Counted from the first letter of the stretch, positions 30,672 through 40,210 are shown. The stretch: 64,000 nt of DNA from Paramuribaculum sp. (GCA_045602165.1 JAZSAZ010000008.1:61152-125151), one strand, 5' to 3'. Notes: generated by a model from the letters alone, not told the origin. Numbers and translations: made by a program.

Positions 30672-33210
30672 AATCACGCTCATGTCTATTTTAGTGTTGA
30701 CATCGGGGATACATCTTCATGCAACAACACCCGCAGACAAACAGGTTAATGATGAGCAAAAGTATCTAACTGAGCTTTATAAAATAATGAATTATGCCGA
30801 CAAGATAGACCGAAGCAAAGAATTCTATCTTGAAAATGCAATTCGTCCGGCATTGCAAGCCAGAGAGGAAATGCCTTGGGGCAAGACCATCCCTGAACGT
30901 GAATGGATTCATTTTGTTCTCCCACTTCGAGTTAACAATGAAGCCATTGATGCACATCGTCCGGTTTTCTATGCCGAATTGCGCGATCGCATTAAAAACA
31001 TGTCAATGACCGATGCTATTTTGGAGATAAACCATTGGTGTCACGAAAAAGCCACATATCAACCCTCCGATAGCCGCACACACTCCCCTTTGCAGACTAC
31101 AAGTTCAGCCATTGGTCGATGTGGCGAAGAATCAACATTTGGAGTAGCAGCTCTGAGAGCAATGGGCATTCCGGCTCGCCAGGTTTACACTCCACGCTGG
31201 GCACACACCGATGACAACCATGCATGGGTAGAAGCTTGGTGTGACGGTCGTTGGGTATTCTTAGGAGCTTGCGAACCGGAACCGGTGCTTAATCTTGGTT
31301 GGTTTAACGACCCTGCTGCTCGCGGAATGTTGATGCACGCACGCGTACCGGGCAGCCACTATGACGGTCCGGAAGAAGTCCTTAATCGAATGAATGGCAA
31401 CACCGACATCAATGTCACCTCAAACTATGCCCCGGTTGACACTCTTGTCGTCACTATTTTAAATCAAGACAACTCGCCCGTTCAGGGAGCAACTGTCACA
31501 TTTAGAGTTTATAACTACGCCGAATTCTATCCCATTGCGACAAAACAGTCCGATAGTAACGGCAATGTCTCAATTGTGGCTGGGCTTGGTGATTTAATAG
31601 TATGGGCAACAGCTCCCGATGGCTCTTCATTTGGGATTGCAAAAGCGTCAATTGGAAAAGACCGTAAAATTGATGTGACACTCAATTTCAATGACAAGAC
31701 CACTTGCCAAATGGACTTCGACATAGTGCCCCCAATTCAACGCGATGCTTCTGTTGCAGTTGACCCGGCCATGCGCGCAGAAAATGACCGCCGCAAAGCC
31801 TACGAAGACTCTATTCGCAATGCCTACACAGCAACATTCCCCTCGCAAAACGCAGTATCTGAATTAGCAGCAACGCTAAATGTCGATGCCGAAAAGCTTT
31901 GGGAGTTCATCAAGAAATCTCGTGGCAATCACGCCACTATTTCTACATTCCTCAAAAACACAGCACCCAAAGACAGAGCAAAAGCAATGCTACTCTTGGG
32001 CGCAATCAGCGACAAAGACCTAACCGACATTCCATTAGAGGTTCTCTGCGACCAATTAAAAGCCGAAGGTGAGGGTGTGTTCTTTGCACAATATGTGATG
32101 TCGCCCCGCATTGCTGCCGAAGAGTTAACCCCCTACCGCCAATTTTTCAATAGTGTCATCTCTAAAAAACAGATGAACACATACAAGAAGAATCCACAAA
32201 AATGGGTGGAATGGGTTGCAAAAAACATTGATTCATCACTTGATTGGTATCCAGCACAGGCCTCTATGAGTCCTCGCGCTGTGTGGGAATCCAGAAAAAC
32301 ATCAACTCTTTCACGCGATATTTTCTTTGTTGCCGCAGCACGAGCCATGAACATTCCCGCTCGCATTGACCCGGTAACAATGAAAACACAATGGGCCGAC
32401 GAGAACCAGACATGGCACGATGCCACCTTTACAAAGGTGTCAACTAACAATTCAACTCAGCAAGGGGCTCTCGTTCTCAATCCGGCAAAAGATAATGCAG
32501 TTGAAAACCCGAAATATTACAGCAACTTCACCATTTCAAAAATTGTCAATGGTGAGCCACAACTCCTCAACTATCCTGATTTTATTCCATTAAGCGAAAG
32601 CTTTGAAAAGGGTGAAATGCTTGATTACGGCCAATATATGATAACAACCGGTCAGCGATTGGCCGACGGAACCGTTCTGTCACGCATCAACATCATCAAT
32701 ATCAACTCTGCCTCACAAACTGATACCCTTGCAATCCGCAAGAACACAAGCGGCATTCAAGTAATTGGTAATTTTGATTCGGAAAGCCTTTTCAAACCTA
32801 TTGGTGAATCAGCTGCAAAATCTCTTCTTTCAGCTACCGGACGCGGGTATTATGTCCTTGGAATGATCCGCCCGAACCACGAGCCTTCAAACCACACCCT
32901 GCGCGACATTGCAGCCGAAACCACCGCACTGGAAGCTTGGGGACGTCCAATTGTCTTGCTATTTGAGGATGAAGAACGAGCCGCACGCTACGACTCTTCA
33001 ATAATGCCACAAATGCCCTCAACCATAATTACAGGGACAGATGTTGACGGCTCTATTCTCAATAAACTTAAAGCAATTCCGGGAGTCAGCGGCAACGATG
33101 CTCCAATCTTCATCATTGCCGACACATTCAATAGAGTAATCTTCGTTTCACAGGGCTACACTATTGGCATTGGAGACAGAATTACTGAAATTGCAAAACA
33201 ACTGAAATAG
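30655..33210 (+). CDS. Secreted transglutaminase-like-domain protein with Png1/NGLY1-like catalytic motifs
   Basis: Signal peptide; GRCGEE (Cys156), RAMGIPAR, NHAWVE (His189) and RWVFLGACE; a second Cys-less copy (RDIFFVAAARAMNIPAR). Overlaps cutC by 17 nt. Confidence 0.85.
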   Translation: MTQMLKITLMSILVLTSGIHLHATTPADKQVNDEQKYLTELYKIMNYADKIDRSKEFYLENAIRPALQAREEMPWGKTIPEREWIHFVLPLRVNNEAIDAHRPVFYAELRDRIKNMSMTDAILEINHWCHEKATYQPSDSRTHSPLQTTSSAIGRCGEESTFGVAALRAMGIPARQVYTPRWAHTDDNHAWVEAWCDGRWVFLGACEPEPVLNLGWFNDPAARGMLMHARVPGSHYDGPEEVLNRMNGNTDINVTSNYAPVDTLVVTILNQDNSPVQGATVTFRVYNYAEFYPIATKQSDSNGNVSIVAGLGDLIVWATAPDGSSFGIAKASIGKDRKIDVTLNFNDKTTCQMDFDIVPPIQRDASVAVDPAMRAENDRRKAYEDSIRNAYTATFPSQNAVSELAATLNVDAEKLWEFIKKSRGNHATISTFLKNTAPKDRAKAMLLLGAISDKDLTDIPLEVLCDQLKAEGEGVFFAQYVMSPRIAAEELTPYRQFFNSVISKKQMNTYKKNPQKWVEWVAKNIDSSLDWYPAQASMSPRAVWESRKTSTLSRDIFFVAAARAMNIPARIDPVTMKTQWADENQTWHDATFTKVSTNNSTQQGALVLNPAKDNAVENPKYYSNFTISKIVNGEPQLLNYPDFIPLSESFEKGEMLDYGQYMITTGQRLADGTVLSRINIININSASQTDTLAIRKNTSGIQVIGNFDSESLFKPIGESAAKSLLSATGRGYYVLGMIRPNHEPSNHTLRDIAAETTALEAWGRPIVLLFEDEERAARYDSSIMPQMPSTIITGTDVDGSILNKLKAIPGVSGNDAPIFIIADTFNRVIFVSQGYTIGIGDRITEIAKQLK

Positions 33211-33236
33211 AAGATAAAACAAATCTCCTTCATATC

Positions 33237-33263
33237 AAGGGCCGCGCTGTGTGCGCGGCCCTT
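33237..33263 (+). terminator. GC-rich hairpin closing the fucosidase-cutC-TGase unit
   Basis: AAGGGCCGCGC, TGTGT loop, GCGCGGCCCTT. Confidence 0.7.
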
Positions 33264-33293
33264 AATGCTATTTATAGAGATTTCAATAAGTCG

Positions 33294-33316
33294 TTATTTA
33301 AAATAGGTCTAAATAA
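33294..33316. promoter_or_regulatory. Near-perfect 23-bp palindrome upstream of feoAB (candidate iron-regulator operator)
   Basis: TTATTTAAA-ATAGG-TCTAAATAA, 12 nt upstream of the -33 TTTG (33329-33332). Confidence 0.5.
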
Positions 33317-33328
33317 TTGGCTGTTTTA

Positions 33329-33360
33329 TTTGGTAGTGTGAATCAAATTTCTCAACTTTG
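33329..33360 (+). promoter_or_regulatory. feoAB promoter (-33 TTTG and -7 variant CAACTTTG)
   Basis: The two elements are 20 nt apart, 22 nt before the ATG. Confidence 0.55.
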
Positions 33361-33382
33361 CAAATAAATAAATCCTACTCGA

Positions 33383-35758
33383 ATGCGACTTAGTCAACTC
33401 ACAACTGGACAGAAGGCAAAAGTGGTCAAAATTGTTGGCCATGGGGCTTTTCGTAAACGTTTGATGGAGATGGGATTTGTGAGAGGGCAAGAGATTGATG
33501 TTTTGTTACATGCCCCTCTTCGCGATCCTATCAAATATCGCATTTTGGGCTACGAAGTTTCTCTGCGCCGAAGCGAAGCTGAATTAATTGAGGTTACCAC
33601 GTCGGATTCTATCCGAGCATGTGAATCAATCAATCAAATTGCCAATTCTAATAGCACAATAGAAAATGACACCCCGATAGCAGAATCGCTTTCGGCTCAG
33701 CATAACACAATCAATATTGCATTGATTGGCAATCCAAATTGTGGCAAAACAACACTTTTCAACAATGCATCCGGCGCCCATGAACATGTTGGCAATTACA
33801 GCGGTGTCACCGTTGATGCCAAGCAAGGCTCTTTTGAATACAATGGTTACCGGTTCAACATAGTTGATCTCCCCGGCACATACTCTCTCAATTGCTATTC
33901 ACCTGAAGAACTTTATGTGCGTCGCTATTTAAAGAATGAGACTCCCGATGTGATTGTCAATGTTGTTGTTGCATCAAATCTTGAGCGCAATCTTTATTTG
34001 ACCACAGAGTTAATTGATATGGACCGAAAGATGGTCATTGCGCTAAATATGTTTGACGAACTTGAGCGTTCTGGCGACAAACTTGACACCAAGCTACTCG
34101 GCGAAATGATTGGTGTGCCTATTGTCCCCACGGTGTCACGCACAGGATTTGGCACTCATGAATTGTGGCAAGCAGTCATTGATGTGTTTGAAGACAACCA
34201 CTCCGCGGTTCGACACGTGCATGTCAACCTTGGACAAGATATAGAGCAAAGTGTCAATGTGATCAAAAACCGGCTTAAAGCAATTGACAATATTGACAAG
34301 CGTTTTTCTCCACGCTATCTCGCCATTAAGCTCCTCGAAAGCGATAAAGAAGTAGAGAAGTCAATTTCATCACTTCCGGAATATCTAACAGTTCTCAACG
34401 AGCGCGACCATGAAGTTAAGCAGATTGAGAATATCCGAAATGAGGATATCACATCAGCAATTGCCGGCGAAAAATATGGCTTTATTGCCGGTGCTCTCGC
34501 GGAAACGCGCACAAAAGGCAATAGCGACATCACAGCAAATACAAAGCTGATTGACTCCATAGTTACCAACAAACACCTAGGATTCCCGCTATTTTTCTTG
34601 ATAATGTTTGGCGTGTTTTGGGCCACATTTGAACTCGGCTCATACCCTATGGAGTGGATTGAAAATGGTGTAAGCTGGATTAGCAACACTCTGCAAAACA
34701 TCATGCCTGATGGAGCATTGAAAGATATGATAATCGATGGGATAATAGGCGGTGTTGGTGGTGTTATTGTATTCCTACCCAACATTTTAATCCTATATTT
34801 CTGCATCTCATGGATGGAAGATTCGGGCTACATGGCACGAGCGGCTTTCATCATGGATAAACTGATGCATCGAATAGGGCTACATGGCAAATCATTCATC
34901 CCATTAGTTATGGGCTTTGGGTGCAATGTGCCGGCAATAATGTCAAGCCGAAGCATTGAAAGCCGAAGCAGCCGCATAATCACCATTTTGATAAATCCCT
35001 TCATGTCATGCTCGGCGAGAGTGCCTATTTATGTGTTACTCGTTGGCACATTCTTCAAAGCCCACGCAGCATTAGCATTTATGGGACTCTATTTATTAGG
35101 GATTATAGTGGCAATGTTCACTGCAATGTTGCTTCGCAAATTCTATTTTAAAGCCGACGAAACACCATTTGTAATGGAGCTTCCCCCCTACAGAATTCCA
35201 ACACTCAAGTCATCGCTTCGTCACATGTGGGGTAAGGGTGAGCAGTACCTCAGAAAAATGGGGGGTATAATATTAGTAGCGAGCATTGTTGTGTGGGCTC
35301 TAAACTACTTCCCCTTGAGCAGTCACGACCAGAATGCGCCGGTTCAAACTGACTCCTATCTTGAAGCTATGGGTAAAGCTATCAGCCCGGTAATGGAACC
35401 CATAGGATTTCATTGGAGAGCATCGGTTGCCGCATTGGCCGGAGTGCCCGCCAAAGAGATTGTGGTCTCAACATTGGGTGTTTTATATAGCAACGAAGCA
35501 GAAATTAGTGATGCCGACTTATCAAAACGACTCACTGCACCAAATCCGTCAACACACCAACCCGATTTTAATGCCGCCTCAGCTCTGGCATTCATGGTGT
35601 TTACCCTACTTTATTGCCCATGCGTGGCTACTGTTGTTGCCGTCATTAAAGAGACCGGCAGTTGGCGCTATGGAGCATTCTCTGTGATTTACAACACCCT
35701 TATTGCCTGGCTATTATCCTTTGCTACATATAAGATAGCTCTTAGCATCTTATATTAG
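33383..35758 (+). CDS. feoB: Ferrous iron transporter, FeoA-FeoB fusion
   Basis: N-terminal FeoA (GHGAFRKRLMEMG..APLRDP), G-motifs GNPNCGKT, DLPG and NMFD, and the membrane-domain motif GFGCNVPA. Confidence 0.96.
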   Translation: MRLSQLTTGQKAKVVKIVGHGAFRKRLMEMGFVRGQEIDVLLHAPLRDPIKYRILGYEVSLRRSEAELIEVTTSDSIRACESINQIANSNSTIENDTPIAESLSAQHNTINIALIGNPNCGKTTLFNNASGAHEHVGNYSGVTVDAKQGSFEYNGYRFNIVDLPGTYSLNCYSPEELYVRRYLKNETPDVIVNVVVASNLERNLYLTTELIDMDRKMVIALNMFDELERSGDKLDTKLLGEMIGVPIVPTVSRTGFGTHELWQAVIDVFEDNHSAVRHVHVNLGQDIEQSVNVIKNRLKAIDNIDKRFSPRYLAIKLLESDKEVEKSISSLPEYLTVLNERDHEVKQIENIRNEDITSAIAGEKYGFIAGALAETRTKGNSDITANTKLIDSIVTNKHLGFPLFFLIMFGVFWATFELGSYPMEWIENGVSWISNTLQNIMPDGALKDMIIDGIIGGVGGVIVFLPNILILYFCISWMEDSGYMARAAFIMDKLMHRIGLHGKSFIPLVMGFGCNVPAIMSSRSIESRSSRIITILINPFMSCSARVPIYVLLVGTFFKAHAALAFMGLYLLGIIVAMFTAMLLRKFYFKADETPFVMELPPYRIPTLKSSLRHMWGKGEQYLRKMGGIILVASIVVWALNYFPLSSHDQNAPVQTDSYLEAMGKAISPVMEPIGFHWRASVAALAGVPAKEIVVSTLGVLYSNEAEISDADLSKRLTAPNPSTHQPDFNAASALAFMVFTLLYCPCVATVVAVIKETGSWRYGAFSVIYNTLIAWLLSFATYKIALSILY

Positions 35759-35759
35759 G

Positions 35760-38216
35760 CTAATCCAATTCAACAACCGTTATTCCGGCGCCTCCGAACT
35801 GTACATGTTCATCATGGAATGAACGCACTCCGGAAACCGAATCCAGATATTGACGAATAACTTGACGCAACGCGCCTGTGCCTGTGCCATGAAGGATTCT
35901 CACTGTGTCGGCATTAAATTGCAACGCATCATCAATATAGTAGGTAACAGCCTGTACTGCCTCATCAACCCTCATTCCTCTAACATCTAATTGACGGCTG
36001 AATTCAAGTTGACGAGCACGGCTGCTTGACGATGTTGACTCGCTGATTACAGCAGTGCTTCGATTTGCCCCACTGCTGATCTTAGCATCAGTGTGGCGCA
36101 ACCGGTCCAATTTCACAGTGGTTTTCAATTGACCGAATATGACAGTTGCTTGCTTCCCTTTGACATCAACAACCTTTCCGGGCAATCCTTCGCCATCAAG
36201 TTTCACTATATCATCAACCAAAATCGACCGTTTAGCCAATGGCTCGGTTACAGCCTTCTCATTTGCTTTATTTTTGCGAGTTTTCGGAACTCTCTTGAGT
36301 AATTTGTGTTCCTTTGCAGAGTCACTCATCAAACGTCCCTTCTCCTCTTTCATCTGCTTTCGAGCTTCGAGAGTGGCCTCTTTATCAGCTTGAGCACGAC
36401 GAATTTCAAGGATGGTACGTTCAATAGCTGCATTTGAACTATCTAAAATTGTTTTAGCCTGAGCCTTAGCATCGGAAATTATCTCATTTCGGCGCAAACG
36501 AAGTTCCTCTGCCTGTGCGCTATATCGCTCTAATGTTTCTTCAACCTTTTTCTCTTTTTGACGAATTGACAATCGTTTATTTTCCCAATATCTTCTATCG
36601 CGGGCAATATCAAGCAAATATTTGTCCATGTTGACATAGTCACTGCCAACTATCTCGCGCGCATCATCTATAATCTCAGCAGGCAAACCGGTTTTTCGCG
36701 CAATCTCAATAGCAAATGAACTACCGGGATGACCTATTGCCAACTGAAACATAGGAGTCATTCGTTGACGGTCATAAAGCATTGAACCATTAACGAGCCC
36801 CGGAGTATCTTCCGCGAAAAGCTTAAGATTCTGATAGTGTGTGGTCACCACACCCCACATCTTCAAGCTATTCATTTTCTTCAGAATAGCTTGAGCGATA
36901 GCTCCCCCGATTTGCGGTTCTGTGCCACCACCAAATTCATCAATCAAGACCAGCGATGTTTTGCGTCCGGAACGAACAATTCGAGTCATATTTTTCAAAT
37001 GAGAGCTATATGTACTCAAGTCATCTTCAATTGACTGATCATCACCTATGTCAATGAAAATCTCTTCAAACAAGCCGATGTGGGAATTTTCATAAACCGT
37101 TGGCAGCACTCCACACTGTGTCATATACTGAATAATGCCCACTGTTTTCAAACACACAGATTTTCCTCCGGCATTCGGGCCTGAAATCACAAGCAAACGC
37201 TGTTCGGAATTCAGCAAAATATCCAGTGGCACTATCTCTTTGCCATTCTTGTTTAGCGATTCCTGAAGACCGGGATGACGAGCATGATACATTTCAAGCT
37301 GAGGCTCCTTGTAAAGATGCGGCATCACCGCTTCCACACTTCGAGCATACACCGCTTTTGCATGAATGAAATCAACCACCCCAAGCACTTCAGAGCTGAG
37401 AGACATCGACGGAGCATAAGGACGCAACTCGGTTGCAAGCTCTAAGAGAATTCTTCGGATTTCTCTTCTCTCTTCAATTTGCAATTCTCTGACTCGGTTG
37501 TTAACCTCAACCACCTCGGCCGGCTCAATGAACACGGTTTTCCCCGATGATGACTCATCATGTACAATACCACTTATTTTGCGTTTATGCATAGGCAACA
37601 CAGGCAGAACCAATCGACCATCGCGCATGGCCGGAGATGTATCTAAATCGATAACACCCTCCTTCACAGCCTTTGCCATCACTCGCCGCATAACCGAATT
37701 TATTGTCCCCGACATTGATGAAAGCTGGCTTCGGATTTGCGCCAACTCAGCCGATGCCGAATCTCTGACTTCACCAAGAGGGTCAATAATTCGCTCTATT
37801 GAATCACGACACGCTCTGAATGTCTCTATTTCCGACACCACATCCGATAGGTTGGGATAACGCGACACTCCATCGTCAGTTTTACCGGCAAAATATGACC
37901 GCACCTCCTCCATTGCAGTGAGACATTTTCGTAAAGAGGATAACTCCTCGGCAGTCAGAAACATTCCGGGGATTTCAAGAGTGTGCAATAGAGAGTCAAT
38001 ATCCCTAACATTATGCAGCGGAATATCCTCGCCACTATTTAGAATTGCCACCATTTCGAATACCCGCTGCAATGCAGTCTGCACCACCTTAAAGTCAGTC
38101 ATGAACGACATTTCACTACAATGTCGACCACCGGCAGCTGAAACACAATAGCCACGAATACCATCACGAACAGCATCAAAACCTATCTTTTGTTCAAAAT
38201 TATCAGGATAAATCAT
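35760..38216 (-). CDS. mutS2: Endonuclease MutS2 with a C-terminal Smr domain
   Basis: Motifs ISGPNAGGKS, DIGDDQSIEDDLSTYSSHL and DEFGGGTEP; Smr motifs LDVRGMR and ILHGTGTGALR. Confidence 0.96.
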   Translation of the reverse strand: MIYPDNFEQKIGFDAVRDGIRGYCVSAAGGRHCSEMSFMTDFKVVQTALQRVFEMVAILNSGEDIPLHNVRDIDSLLHTLEIPGMFLTAEELSSLRKCLTAMEEVRSYFAGKTDDGVSRYPNLSDVVSEIETFRACRDSIERIIDPLGEVRDSASAELAQIRSQLSSMSGTINSVMRRVMAKAVKEGVIDLDTSPAMRDGRLVLPVLPMHKRKISGIVHDESSSGKTVFIEPAEVVEVNNRVRELQIEERREIRRILLELATELRPYAPSMSLSSEVLGVVDFIHAKAVYARSVEAVMPHLYKEPQLEMYHARHPGLQESLNKNGKEIVPLDILLNSEQRLLVISGPNAGGKSVCLKTVGIIQYMTQCGVLPTVYENSHIGLFEEIFIDIGDDQSIEDDLSTYSSHLKNMTRIVRSGRKTSLVLIDEFGGGTEPQIGGAIAQAILKKMNSLKMWGVVTTHYQNLKLFAEDTPGLVNGSMLYDRQRMTPMFQLAIGHPGSSFAIEIARKTGLPAEIIDDAREIVGSDYVNMDKYLLDIARDRRYWENKRLSIRQKEKKVEETLERYSAQAEELRLRRNEIISDAKAQAKTILDSSNAAIERTILEIRRAQADKEATLEARKQMKEEKGRLMSDSAKEHKLLKRVPKTRKNKANEKAVTEPLAKRSILVDDIVKLDGEGLPGKVVDVKGKQATVIFGQLKTTVKLDRLRHTDAKISSGANRSTAVISESTSSSSRARQLEFSRQLDVRGMRVDEAVQAVTYYIDDALQFNADTVRILHGTGTGALRQVIRQYLDSVSGVRSFHDEHVQFGGAGITVVELD

Positions 38217-38340
38217 TCTTCACCAAATAGCTATATAGGCTAAAACAGAGATTTGAGAACACAAAATTACAAATCTTTCAACAAATTTAAGAGCATCGGT
38301 GTTATTATGTTGATAAAACACACTACAAAACCATATTATT

Positions 38341-38889
38341 ATGAAAACATTGAATTTGAATTTTTGGGGAACTACACGCTATTGGTGGGCTGTTCTCATT
38401 ATCGGTGTCCTTCTTGTGCTCAGTGGATTTGCTTTTCTATTTTGGCCAATCGTCGGCTCCATTGTCGCCTCACAAATATTTGGGTGGCTCTGCGTTCTTG
38501 CCGGTGTAATCTCACTTTGCGTGTCTGCAGGGCGAAATCGCCCTCGCGGATGGGGTTGGTGGCTTGTTGGAGGTGTAATCAACATGTTTATCGGCTTTAT
38601 GTTGGTAGGCAATTTATTGCTTTCAATGACCGTATTCCCCATTTTTGTTGCCATTATGTTTCTGTATTGGGGCATTGGCGCTATTTTCAGTGCATTGTCA
38701 ATGACCGATAGGAAAGGCTGGTGGCTTTATTTGATTAATGGCATTCTTCTTGTTATCATCGGAGGGCTACTCATGGGATCAAATATGCTTTCTCAGCTTG
38801 AGATGGTTGACACACTGACATCTATCGCATTTATTTATTGGGGATTCTGCATTTTGGTTCTCAGTAATGACCTTCGTCCTGAAAAATAA
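38341..38889 (+). CDS. HdeD/DUF308-family membrane protein
   Basis: About six TM helices with repeated GW(G)WWL.GG/NG motifs. Confidence 0.8.
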   Translation: MKTLNLNFWGTTRYWWAVLIIGVLLVLSGFAFLFWPIVGSIVASQIFGWLCVLAGVISLCVSAGRNRPRGWGWWLVGGVINMFIGFMLVGNLLLSMTVFPIFVAIMFLYWGIGAIFSALSMTDRKGWWLYLINGILLVIIGGLLMGSNMLSQLEMVDTLTSIAFIYWGFCILVLSNDLRPEK

Positions 38890-38920
38890 TTACCCTCCCA
38901 CAAATAAGACTCAACAAAAT

Positions 38921-38951
38921 AAGAGACTGATGCCTCGCACATCGGTCTCTT
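38921..38951 (+). terminator. Hairpin after the HdeD-like gene
   Basis: AAGAGACTGATG pairs with CATCGGTCTCTT. Confidence 0.7.
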
Positions 38952-38960
38952 GTGGTGTTA

Positions 38961-39004
38961 AGATGTAATAAAAGATGTGATAAACCATGTGAATAAAAAG
39001 ATGA
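38961..39004 (+). repeat. Phased 12-bp direct repeats (AGATGT/CCATGT core) upstream of a promoter
   Basis: Cores at 38961, 38973 and 38985 (exact 12-nt period), and AGATGA at 38999. Confidence 0.5.
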
Positions 39005-39020
39005 TTTCGAATTAAAGTAG

Positions 39021-39028
39021 TATTTTTG
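39021..39028 (+). promoter_or_regulatory. -7 promoter box (TATTTTTG) for the IDR-protein/FadL-like pair
   Basis: Consensus match. Confidence 0.6.
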
Positions 39029-39139
39029 CATGGTTAGAAGTCAATGCAATTAAACCTATGGCACGATTTCTAATCAAATAGACAAGAAACATAATGCCAA
39101 TGTTTTGTAGTGACTCATAAACCAACAAAAAAATTGACA

Positions 39140-40210
39140 ATGAAAAAAGCACTCACCTCACTTATAGCTTTACTTCTGATTGGAGGCTTCCAGGGAGTAG
39201 TCACCGCACAGGATTACTATGACGATGACATCTACTACAATCCTTCAAACGCAAAGAAGTCAAACTCCAAAGAAAAAGCAGCAACTACAACCGGTTCAAA
39301 AGTTGTAGTAGTTGACTACCCATCGGCCGACACATACATCGTCAGCGGTTCCGGTGTCAATATTGATGTTGACGCATACAATCGTCGCGGAGTGTTTGCC
39401 GACGACAGTGTAGCAACTAATTCTACTTCCAACACCAATGCTAAAAGCAATTTTGAATGCACCCAGCAGATTGAACGTTTCTATAATCCACAAGTAATCA
39501 TTGAATCGCCCGACGAAACAGTAGCCCAAATCTATTATGCTACCCCGGCTACTGATATTGATATCTATGTCGGCTCCCCCTCTCCCTACTGGGGATATAG
39601 CTACTTCCCATACTCATATTATAGCTCACCATGGTATTGGGGAACACCTCGCTCATGGTGGTATTATAATTCATGGGCCTACAATCCTTGGTATTGGGAT
39701 TTCGGACCATCGTGGTATTGGGGACCCTCATGGTACTGGAGTTATGGAGGTTACTATCCCCCATATCATCCCCCATATCATCCCCCATACCGTCCCGGCA
39801 TGGCACACCATCCTTCCGGTCCTTCACGTCCCGGAGGCAACTATCGTCCCGGAGGACATCCTGGAGGAGCACCCGGCAATTATCGCCCCGGTAGTAATGG
39901 CTATCGCCCCGGAGGAGGCTCAAGCATGCACCGTCCCGGTTCATCCAATAGCAACTATCGCAATGAATCCTCCGGTTCAGACTATCGCTCCGGAAGAGGA
40001 ACAAATCGCAGCAAGTCAAGCAGCGGATATCGTCCGGGGAACAACTCCAACAATAGTGGCAATTCTTACCGCCCCTCAACAAACAGTTCAAGCCGTAGCG
40101 AAACCCCAAGCTATCGTAGCGGTAGCACCTCACGAAGCAGTGGCGGCGGATATCGCGGCGGTGGCGGTAGCACTCGTGGCGGTGGTGGCGGCGGAAGAGG
40201 TCGCCGATAA
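39140..40210 (+). CDS. Secreted hypothetical protein with a Trp/Tyr-rich segment and a Gly/Ser/Arg/Pro low-complexity tail
   Basis: Signal peptide MKKALTSL...VVTA followed by QDYYDDDIYY; W/Y/P-rich block; about 11 (Y/H)R(P/S/G/N) motifs; RGG-like end. Confidence 0.85.
   Translation: MKKALTSLIALLLIGGFQGVVTAQDYYDDDIYYNPSNAKKSNSKEKAATTTGSKVVVVDYPSADTYIVSGSGVNIDVDAYNRRGVFADDSVATNSTSNTNAKSNFECTQQIERFYNPQVIIESPDETVAQIYYATPATDIDIYVGSPSPYWGYSYFPYSYYSSPWYWGTPRSWWYYNSWAYNPWYWDFGPSWYWGPSWYWSYGGYYPPYHPPYHPPYRPGMAHHPSGPSRPGGNYRPGGHPGGAPGNYRPGSNGYRPGGGSSMHRPGSSNSNYRNESSGSDYRSGRGTNRSKSSSGYRPGNNSNNSGNSYRPSTNSSSRSETPSYRSGSTSRSSGGGYRGGGGSTRGGGGGGRGRR
39758..39789 (+). repeat. 12-nt tandem repeat CCCCCATATCAT (2.7 copies) encoding PPYH repeats
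   Basis: Read directly from the sequence. Confidence 0.85.
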
